Below are positions 56,563-64,000 of a stretch of 64,000 bases of DNA, piece by piece. Under the pieces are notes generated by a model. The model did no database searches. It was not told where the DNA came from and saw nothing but the letters and a program-made list of their open reading frames with translations. The position numbers and the translations under genes are program-made. Source of the DNA: Candidatus Beckwithbacteria bacterium (GTDB lineage Bacteria > Patescibacteriota > Microgenomatia > UBA1400 > UBA1449); assembly GCA_012797845.1 (NCBI GenBank), contig JAAZOH010000004.1:1658-65657 (forward strand). Direction: 5' to 3'. Numbering within the stretch: the first letter of the stretch is position 1; every line of letters begins with the position of its first letter.

Positions 56563-57777
56563 TTACTTTCTTGCCAATACAATCGCATTGGGGAGGTTGC
56601 GGCCGGGGCCAACTTTGTACCCACTGTACCACAAAGCCGTTGAGCCGCCACTATCAAGATTAAGCGCATTTTCCATACCCAGGGTTTGCAAAACTAAAGC
56701 TGATTCAGCGACAGTGGCATTAAATACCACCCCAATATAAACTGTATTGCCTTTACTAGCGACAAAACTTCTTGGGCCTTTACTGCCTTTTTTTGGATCA
56801 CCATCCCCACCAAAAACGCTTTGACCACCAGAAACCAGCATGGGCTGGTTAGCAATCATGGAGTCAATGCCCGTATCCCGTCCCCAATCCTGCGATCTGC
56901 CCACGAAACGAATCCAGCCATCTCCGAAAATCACAGCCGGAACAGAGCTGTAAACATTGTTGTCCGAATTGAAATAGACTTTATTTTTGTTCATAAGTAA
57001 GGTGTCAAAGGAGTTGGTTTTGCCGGCGCAGCTGGGGTAGCTAGCTGGGCAAAAGTAAGAACCATTGATACCTGCGTAGGCGCCATTGCGGGAGACGTAA
57101 TCAGCAAGAGAAAGCGTTGGGCAGTCATTGCCGCAGGTTTGATCAGAAGCGGTATCCACTAAAACCCGGGTTGAGCCTAAATCTCCAGCCACTAGACTGA
57201 CCAAATAGTTACTGCCACCCATAGAGACCTGTTGAGTACTAAAACCACTGCCAGGAGGGCTATTATTAACCGGCACATTTTCCGGAATCGTAAAGGTTGA
57301 GATTATTTCCTGTTTGGCAGCCGTGATTTTGCTTTGCAAAGTTTTAAGGGTAGCCGAAGCTGAAGCATAGTTACGTTTGGATAAATAGACCAGGCTTTGG
57401 GTAAAAGCCTTGTCCTCATCTGTAGTTTTGCTAGTGAGTTCTTTGAGTTTGAGTAAATCTTCGTAGGTGGTTACTGCTTGAGTATAGGTAGTTTCAATAG
57501 CAGAAATAGTGGCTTCCAAGTCTTTATTAATAAGATATTGATCCTGGCTTTTAAGATCGTCCAAAGCCGCTTTAGTAATTTGCAGTTGTTCTTGTAAAAT
57601 AGCACTTTGACTGCTTAGGTTTTGCTGGGCAGTACTAAGCTGCGTGGTGGTTTGATAATAGGTTTCCAGAGTTTGCTCCGTGCTATTAGTTTGCCAAACC
57701 AGAATTGCCAAAAAAAGTAAAAGCACAACTGCTTTAAACAGATTTTTCCAATCAATCACAACTTTAGGAAACTTCAT
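56563..57777 (-). CDS. phosphodiester glycosidase (NAGPA/DUF2233) family protein with N-terminal TM and coiled coil
   Basis: AGINGSYF, PRSFV and ALNLDSGGST motifs. Confidence 0.85.
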   Translation of the reverse strand: MKFPKVVIDWKNLFKAVVLLLFLAILVWQTNSTEQTLETYYQTTTQLSTAQQNLSSQSAILQEQLQITKAALDDLKSQDQYLINKDLEATISAIETTYTQAVTTYEDLLKLKELTSKTTDEDKAFTQSLVYLSKRNYASASATLKTLQSKITAAKQEIISTFTIPENVPVNNSPPGSGFSTQQVSMGGSNYLVSLVAGDLGSTRVLVDTASDQTCGNDCPTLSLADYVSRNGAYAGINGSYFCPASYPSCAGKTNSFDTLLMNKNKVYFNSDNNVYSSVPAVIFGDGWIRFVGRSQDWGRDTGIDSMIANQPMLVSGGQSVFGGDGDPKKGSKGPRSFVASKGNTVYIGVVFNATVAESALVLQTLGMENALNLDSGGSTALWYSGYKVGPGRNLPNAIVLARK

Positions 57778-57866
57778 GCTAATACTGTAACATTTTTGAG
57801 TGTTTTAACCTACGATTTCTGATCTAAAAGTAATACAATTAGTAGTTAATCAAAATTTTAAAATAC

Positions 57867-57945
57867 GTGTCATTCTGATCCCGCCTTGGCGGGGGAAGAA
57901 TCTTTCTTATACTAATTAGATCTTTCGTTTCACTCAGGATGACAC
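57867..57945. repeat. full palindromic element
   Basis: GTGTCATTCTGATCCCGCCTTGGCGGGGGAAGAATCT-N14-AGATCTTTCGTTTCACTCAGGATGACAC. Confidence 0.9.
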
Positions 57946-57975
57946 TAATAATTTAAAAGATTAAAATGGCGTTTT

Positions 57976-58836
57976 ATGGACTTACTTAAAAACAAACTTT
58001 TTACGGTTTTTAGTTTTTCTTTTTTCTGGGCAGTTTGCATTATTGCTAATAAAGCTATTCTCAATCAGGGCGGACATCCTTTTATTGTCCCAACACAAAT
58101 TTATCTGATAGGATTTCTGTTTTTACTGGCTCTGAGCCATAAAAAATTATCCGGTTTTGCCAAACTATCTACTAAACAGCGCTTCTACTTGCTTTTGACC
58201 GGACTAACTATTGCGGGTTCAGTTATTTTAGGTAGCTATGGTCTCAAACTATCCAGCTCAATCAATTACGGTTTTTTAATAAAAAGCACTATTATCTTTG
58301 CCACTTTGATTGGCGCCTTCTTTTTCCAAGAAAAACTTACTAAAGTTAAACTAGGATTACTGCTACTATTTTTATTGGGTCTATATATTTTGACTTCTCA
58401 AGGGGAAATTTTAATTCCTCATCTGGGAGATATTCTTATTTTTCTGGCAGCTTTGTTGGCAGCTATCAGTGCGGCTTTGCAAAAACCGGTTTTAAAAGTT
58501 GGGTTGAGCCCATTGCTGCTTGCTTTATCAAGAGTGGCCATTGCCGGCTTGTGTTTTTTACTAGCTGCACCGTTTGTTTCACAAACATTTTATATTCCTA
58601 AAGGAGGTATCTTGCTTTTGTTAGCTGGTTTTTCCTATGGTATTTACAGCTATTTTTTAAGTAAAACTTTACAGCTAGCTACACTTTCCTATATGACGAT
58701 GATGTCAATGTTAACGCCAGTCATTGTCAGTATTTTAGCTTTTGGGTTTTTGGGCGAGACTATTACTGCCTATCACTTATTTGGTGGGGGACTGATTATT
58801 CTTTCGGGAATAGGGGTGCAGAAATTTAAACTATAG
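57976..58836 (+). CDS. EamA/DMT family transporter
   Basis: 10 TM helices with FFQEKL and FLGE pattern. Confidence 0.88.
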   Translation: MDLLKNKLFTVFSFSFFWAVCIIANKAILNQGGHPFIVPTQIYLIGFLFLLALSHKKLSGFAKLSTKQRFYLLLTGLTIAGSVILGSYGLKLSSSINYGFLIKSTIIFATLIGAFFFQEKLTKVKLGLLLLFLLGLYILTSQGEILIPHLGDILIFLAALLAAISAALQKPVLKVGLSPLLLALSRVAIAGLCFLLAAPFVSQTFYIPKGGILLLLAGFSYGIYSYFLSKTLQLATLSYMTMMSMLTPVIVSILAFGFLGETITAYHLFGGGLIILSGIGVQKFKL

Positions 58837-58853
58837 ATTTTTTAAATACCCAA

Positions 58854-59231
58854 TTACTTATTAAAAGTCAGTTTTTTATTGGCTAGCTCAACCAAGTCTT
58901 CAAGATCAATATTGGCTTTGACAATATAATCACTGGCTCCTAAACTCATAGCCCGGTCAATTTCATTCATTTGACCAAAATTACTTAACATTACTACGGT
59001 AATCTGTTGGTATTTTGGATCAGCTTTTAATGTCTTTAAAATTTCATAGCCATCGATACCTGGTAGCATAATGTCTAAAAAGATCAAATCAATATGATTA
59101 TTTTTCAAAACTTCTTCAGCTTCAGTCCATTCTTTAGACCAGAAAGTCTTAAAACTTGCTTCGGTCAAAGCATTTTGAATAGCTTTGCCAAGCAACTTAT
59201 CATCTTCGATAATTAGCAAACTGTAACCCAT
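58854..59231 (-). CDS. stand-alone response regulator receiver protein
   Basis: IIEDD, LDIMLPGIDG, LSN and GASDYIVK motifs. Confidence 0.92.
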   Translation of the reverse strand: MGYSLLIIEDDKLLGKAIQNALTEASFKTFWSKEWTEAEEVLKNNHIDLIFLDIMLPGIDGYEILKTLKADPKYQQITVVMLSNFGQMNEIDRAMSLGASDYIVKANIDLEDLVELANKKLTFNK

Positions 59232-59243
59232 ATAGTCCTCCGT

Positions 59244-59612
59244 TTATTTATTAAGCATTTGTTGAACAATTCTCAGTATATCATCAAGATTATAATTAGC
59301 TTTAATTAAATACTGATTTGCTCCCAGTTGTTTAGCTTTATTCAAATCAGCATCATTATCCTTATTGGTCAAAATAAAAACTGGAACATGTTGGCTCTGC
59401 TCCTTACCCTTAATTTTAGCCAAAACTTCTAAGCCACCGATTCCTGGCAAATCTAAATCCAAAAGAATAAGATCGTACTGATTTTGAGACAGCATCCATA
59501 AGCCTTGTTCACCTTCAAAAGCCAAGTCAACATGATACTGTGCCTCAGTTAGTCTTGTTACTAATATTTGGCTCAATTGTTCATCGTCTTCAATAAGTAA
59601 AATATTAGCCAT
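59244..59612 (-). CDS. stand-alone response regulator receiver protein
   Basis: LIEDD, LDLDLPG, LTN and GANQYLIK motifs. Confidence 0.92.
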   Translation of the reverse strand: MANILLIEDDEQLSQILVTRLTEAQYHVDLAFEGEQGLWMLSQNQYDLILLDLDLPGIGGLEVLAKIKGKEQSQHVPVFILTNKDNDADLNKAKQLGANQYLIKANYNLDDILRIVQQMLNK

Positions 59613-59613
59613 G

Positions 59614-60609
59614 TTATCGGATAAATTCGTTGGTAAACACAGTATTAATATCCACTGATTTCTTCATTAAACCTTGTTTAACCAAAACATCCTGCATTTT
59701 TTGCCAGACCACTGGATCCATCCAACCCAATTTACTATCACCGGTATTAATGAGAGGAATACTAATTTCGATAGCTTTGAGTTGAAAGTCTTTATCTAAT
59801 TCTGAATTAAACTGCAGGGTTGCCTCAACTGCCTTTTGTGGACTTTCAATAGCTTCTTGCCAGCCTTCTAGGCTATCTTTGACAAAAGTAGCAACTATGT
59901 CTGGGTGTTTTTGGATATAGCTATCGGTAGTAAAAATAACATCAGCATAAAACGGCACACCATAATCATTTGGCCAGATAGCAGTAGTAGCAACTCCATC
60001 ATTTTCAGCTCGAGCAAGTCCATTAGTAGCGTAGTCTGGACAAATATCAGCTGTTTCCCAACATTTATATAGATCCCAATCAGTCATAGGGATTTCTTTA
60101 ATTTTAGTCCGATCAATACCAATCTGACCAAGCATGCTTTCATATAGGTATGTTCCTTGACCTGGAGATAAAGCAATTGTTTTTCCAACAAAATCATAAG
60201 GGCTATTAATGTTGGAACCACTTTTTGTAAGGTAGATAAGTGGAGCAATTTTAAAAATAACGGCCACAGCCTTAACTGGTTGGCCTTCACTTCGGGCAAT
60301 AAGTACCTCATCAGCTGAGCCAATAGCAATGTCATCTTCACCAGTTATCAAATAGTCGGTAGTAATCTGGCGGTCAAGGTCTATAGACTTGATTGTCACA
60401 TCTAAGCCATCTTGTTGATAAAAACCCTCCTGATTAGCTATATAAAAACCCGCAAATTGACCTTGGTGAGTCCATTTCAAACGGAATGACAAAGGAATTA
60501 AATCAGTTGGCTGAGGCTTGGATTTTAGGTACTGCTTTCCTAATATAAACCCACTAGCTCCAATGAATAATACAATTAGAGAAATAATAATGAATATAAA
60601 TTTTTTCAT
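59614..60609 (-). CDS. NMT1/THI5-like substrate-binding protein
   Basis: LKW.HQ.QFAGFY.A...GFY...GLDV, DYGVPFYADV and P..V..FV..SL.GW motifs. Confidence 0.85.
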   Translation of the reverse strand: MKKFIFIIISLIVLFIGASGFILGKQYLKSKPQPTDLIPLSFRLKWTHQGQFAGFYIANQEGFYQQDGLDVTIKSIDLDRQITTDYLITGEDDIAIGSADEVLIARSEGQPVKAVAVIFKIAPLIYLTKSGSNINSPYDFVGKTIALSPGQGTYLYESMLGQIGIDRTKIKEIPMTDWDLYKCWETADICPDYATNGLARAENDGVATTAIWPNDYGVPFYADVIFTTDSYIQKHPDIVATFVKDSLEGWQEAIESPQKAVEATLQFNSELDKDFQLKAIEISIPLINTGDSKLGWMDPVVWQKMQDVLVKQGLMKKSVDINTVFTNEFIR

Positions 60610-60629
60610 GCTGCTTGGATCTTTGCTTT

Positions 60630-62837
60630 TTAACTTAAAGTTACTTCTCCTTTTTGAGCCTTACTGCCTTTAATTGATAAACCAAAGGTAAACGTAGTGC
60701 CTTTCCCCTCAGTGCTGGTAAAGGCAATTTTCCCATTAGAAACTTCAGCAATTTTTTTGACCATATATAACCCTAATCCAGTCCCAGTATTTTCAGTTTT
60801 GATAATATTTTCGGCTCGGAAAAATTTTTCAAAAATACGTTTTTGGCTCTCAAGTGGAATTCCATAACCACTATCTTCAATTTGGAACACAATATAGTTT
60901 TGCTGTTGGTTAAGGCTTATCTTAATGTTGCCTTTATTAGGAGTATATTTAATGGCATTGTTAATTAAGTTAAGAAATACTTGACGAATCAAAATAGGAT
61001 CAATTTTTATTTGAGGTAAGTTATCAGCAACTTCGATCGTTATTATCTGGGATTTTTCAGTAATTTTCATTTCCAGTTCTTTAAGAATTTTCTGTAATAA
61101 AGTAGCTAAATCAGTGGGGACAGGATCAACTATAAGTCTGCCTGATTCTATACGGCTGATATTTAATAAGCCATTCACCAGTTCAATTAAAAGCTTAGTA
61201 GATTGGTAAATATTTTCTGTATACTCAGTTTGAGTTTTATTAAGCTTGCTTTTTTTATTTTTGAGCAATGTTTCGCTATACCATCTAATAGCAGTCAATG
61301 GAGTTCGTAGTTGATGAGATGCTAAAGAGATAAAATCGTCTTTCATTTTTTCAACCGCTCGTTCTTGGCTTACATCTCTAAACACCACCACACAGCCGGT
61401 GATTTCCCCGTCTTTATTTTTTAAAGGAGCAGCGCTATCAGCTACCGAAACTCTGGTTTCGTCTTTTCTAATCAAAGAAGTGTGATTGGCCATTTCAGTG
61501 GCCTTACCAGTTTCATAAACATCATCAATAAATTGTTTATTTTCCCGGCCGGTTTTTTCAAAAATAAATTTTAAATGAGTATCATATACCGTTCCTATCA
61601 ATTCATTGGCTTGATGACCTGAAATATCTTGAGTTACCTGATTAACCAGTGTGATCTTTCTATTTTCATCTAGTACAAAGACTCCATCGCCAATGCTTTG
61701 TAAAATAGCGGTGACTTTATCTTTTTCAAGATTGATATCCTGAAAAGCTTTTTGGATTTTTTTCCTGGAAACCCGAAGTCTACTAACCATGTTATTTATT
61801 GATCTAGCTAAATCACCAATTTCATCCTTACTTTTGAATACCGCTTTAGTATCTAAATCGCCAGCTCCTATTTGCTCGGCTACTTTTTCAAGAGTCACTA
61901 AAGGTCTGACTATTCTTCTGATAGCAAAAAAGATAAAAAGACAAGCGCCTAAAACTACTATTGTTGCAATGATTGATATTGAGCGCAAGATAATTCTGGT
62001 ACTGGCTAGAACTTCCTGCTCGTCAATTTCAGTGATCATGCAAGATTCAATTTTATCTAACCAAACATAACTGCCGAGCACTTTATGATCTCGATAGTTA
62101 ATATAGCTGCCACTTCCATTTTGTTTAGAAAGACATTGTTTAGTGGCTTCGGTATGAAGAGTTTTACGCAAAGCATACCCTTTTTCAAAACGAGACTCAG
62201 TAATAAAAAAATTAAATTTATTAACCAAATATGTTTCTTCAGTTTTGTCTAGACCATTATCATTCAACATAATTTCTGACATTTTCTTTAGATCAATTTT
62301 GGAAGCTAAGGTGAAGGTTTGTTCATCTAAATTTATAGGTGTAGAGATAATTAAGACAGGTTGTTGAAGCTCTAGATCATAGGTAAAACCATGAACATAA
62401 ATACCCTTTTGACCTTCATAAAAATAATGTTCATCTTCTCTAACCTTTCCCTCATTATGTGGATTGGTTGAGACATAAATAACTCCTTTAGGGTCAATCA
62501 AAAATAGCTCAGTGAATTTTCCTGATTTACTAAGTACATCATTGAGAGTTTTGCGAATTACTTCTTTTGGAAGTGTGTCTTCAGTTTCTTTTTCTTGTTG
62601 CTTATAAAGTTGAAGATGAAGCTTGATATCTTCGGTAGTTTTGACAATCTCTTCCTTTTCCTCTTCTACGTATTCATAAATCTGATCTTTTTTAAGATTG
62701 CTAATGCCTTGTAATTGTTTGATGGCCTGATCTTTGAGGGAATTAGATAGATATGAAAAAACTACTAAAAAACCAAGCGTGGAATTGATAAGAAGAAAAA
62801 CAATAAGGGGAATAGCGAGTTTGTACGTTAATTTCAT
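60630..62837 (-). CDS. sensor histidine kinase (Cache-HAMP-PAS-HisKA-HATPase)
   Basis: Two TMs, HAMP (GDLD...DEIGDLA), PAS (SIGDGV..LD), SHQLRTPL, NL..NAIKY, D.G.GI and GTGLGL motifs. Confidence 0.95.
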   Translation of the reverse strand: MKLTYKLAIPLIVFLLINSTLGFLVVFSYLSNSLKDQAIKQLQGISNLKKDQIYEYVEEEKEEIVKTTEDIKLHLQLYKQQEKETEDTLPKEVIRKTLNDVLSKSGKFTELFLIDPKGVIYVSTNPHNEGKVREDEHYFYEGQKGIYVHGFTYDLELQQPVLIISTPINLDEQTFTLASKIDLKKMSEIMLNDNGLDKTEETYLVNKFNFFITESRFEKGYALRKTLHTEATKQCLSKQNGSGSYINYRDHKVLGSYVWLDKIESCMITEIDEQEVLASTRIILRSISIIATIVVLGACLFIFFAIRRIVRPLVTLEKVAEQIGAGDLDTKAVFKSKDEIGDLARSINNMVSRLRVSRKKIQKAFQDINLEKDKVTAILQSIGDGVFVLDENRKITLVNQVTQDISGHQANELIGTVYDTHLKFIFEKTGRENKQFIDDVYETGKATEMANHTSLIRKDETRVSVADSAAPLKNKDGEITGCVVVFRDVSQERAVEKMKDDFISLASHQLRTPLTAIRWYSETLLKNKKSKLNKTQTEYTENIYQSTKLLIELVNGLLNISRIESGRLIVDPVPTDLATLLQKILKELEMKITEKSQIITIEVADNLPQIKIDPILIRQVFLNLINNAIKYTPNKGNIKISLNQQQNYIVFQIEDSGYGIPLESQKRIFEKFFRAENIIKTENTGTGLGLYMVKKIAEVSNGKIAFTSTEGKGTTFTFGLSIKGSKAQKGEVTLS

Positions 62838-62985
62838 TTCTGATAAATTTTACCTATATATAAACTATACTTTAATTAGAAAAAGATGTGCAAGAAGTTT
62901 ATGTTTTAGACATTTCTCAACTATTTCTCAATATTTTTTATATAATATAATTTGATTTGTTGTTTAAAGTATTTTTAAGATTTTT

Positions 62986-63660
62986 ATGAAACTACTAGTC
63001 ATTGAAGATGAGCAACGTATTGCCACTTACATCAAAAAGGGCTTGGAAATGAAGTCTTATGTAGTTGACGTGGCTTATGATGGTGAAGAAGGGTATGACT
63101 TTGCTATTGGTGAAGCTTATGACCTTATTATTTTGGATCGAATGCTACCTAAAATGGACGGCCTGACTCTTTGTAAAAAATTACGAGCCGAAAAGATTCA
63201 TACTCCGGTTTTGATGCTAACTGCTAAAACTGAAGTTAATGACCGAGTAGAAGGTTTGGATGCCGGAGCTGATGATTATTTAGGCAAACCCTTTGCCTTT
63301 GTTGAATTATTGGCTCGAATCAGAGCCTTAACTCGTCGGCCTAAAAAGCAAGATGCAGAAGTTTTGCAAGCTCAGGATTTGACGCTCAATACTGTAAGCT
63401 ATGAAGTTAAAAGAGGCGAGAAAACTATTGAACTTTCTAAAAAAGAATTTGCTCTGCTGGAATTTTTATTGCGAAACAAAGGTCAGGTTTTTGATAAAGA
63501 CAAATTGGTTGAACAAGTGTGGAGCTATGATAGTGATGTGCTAGCTAATACTGCTCAAGTTTATATTGGCTATTTACGGGATAAAATTGATAAAGCCTTT
63601 CCTCAAAAACCAGAAATTATCAAGACAGTCAGAGGTTTTGGCTATAAAATAGATAATTAG
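62986..63660 (+). CDS. OmpR-family response regulator
   Basis: VIEDE, LDRMLP, GADDYL.KPF and wHTH TVRGFGY motifs. Confidence 0.95.
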   Translation: MKLLVIEDEQRIATYIKKGLEMKSYVVDVAYDGEEGYDFAIGEAYDLIILDRMLPKMDGLTLCKKLRAEKIHTPVLMLTAKTEVNDRVEGLDAGADDYLGKPFAFVELLARIRALTRRPKKQDAEVLQAQDLTLNTVSYEVKRGEKTIELSKKEFALLEFLLRNKGQVFDKDKLVEQVWSYDSDVLANTAQVYIGYLRDKIDKAFPQKPEIIKTVRGFGYKIDN

Positions 63661-63676
63661 TTTACTAATATTATTA

Positions 63677-63758
63677 GTGTCATCCTGAGGAGGGTAGCGA
63701 CGAAGGATCTTAAAATAAGAAAGATTCTTCCCCCGCCAAGGCGGGGTCAGAATGACAC
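63677..63758. repeat. full palindromic element, inverted near-copy of 57867-57945
   Basis: GTGTCATCCTGAGGAGGGTAGCGACGAAGGATCT-N11-AGATTCTTCCCCCGCCAAGGCGGGGTCAGAATGACAC. Confidence 0.9.
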
Positions 63759-63773
63759 ATAAAAAACTTTTTT

Positions 63774-64000
63774 ATGTTTCAATCTGAACGCATTAAACTA
63801 ACTGCTTACTACACCTTAATTATTTTTTTAATCAGTGGCACTATTAGTGCGGCTATTTATTTCCGGACCACTTCAATTATTCAAAGTGAATATCAACGGA
63901 TAGAACGAAGATTTCAACATCAAACAGAGATGGATTTGCCTCCTGATTTTGTTCCACCAACTGGGCCGCATTTTTTACCTGAAGATTTAGAGTCAGCCCA
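63774..64000 (+). CDS. probable sensor histidine kinase, N-terminal part (3' partial)
   Basis: Open frame MFQSERIKLTAYYTLIIFLISGTISAAIYF... with the R.KLT..Y+TM start typical of kinases that follow OmpR regulators. Confidence 0.7.
   Translation, partial: MFQSERIKLTAYYTLIIFLISGTISAAIYFRTTSIIQSEYQRIERRFQHQTEMDLPPDFVPPTGPHFLPEDLESA

Overview
AT-rich bacterial chromosome segment. Gene content and protein style point to a Patescibacteria/CPR genome, probably Microgenomates-like (inference). Housekeeping genes include groES-groEL, metG, tatD, rmuC, a uvrD-nuclease fusion, rpsT, murJ, lepA, hrcA-grpE-dnaK-dnaJ, gltX, tRNA-Cys and tRNA-Gln. There are also cell-envelope and glycosylation genes, a pilN-pilO/surface-protein/mannosyltransferase block, and an accessory-rich right third with two-component systems. 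The main signal is a family of about 11 palindromic REP-like elements with arm consensus GTGTC-ATNNT-GA-[hairpin]-GA-ANNAT-CT, whose stems covary. One copy encloses a small GIY-YIG nuclease gene (46371-46663, split by a 1-nt frameshift and absent from the ORF track), flanked by two empty copies. Other copies are dispersed, and two half-copies are translated in frame inside uvrD and a femX paralog. This suggests a GIY-YIG-associated mobile repeat system. Other leads are a multi-stem leader upstream of an M23 peptidase, a duplicated gltX 3' end flanking an orphan gene, a four-repeat Cys-rich surface protein, and widespread apparently leaderless promoters.
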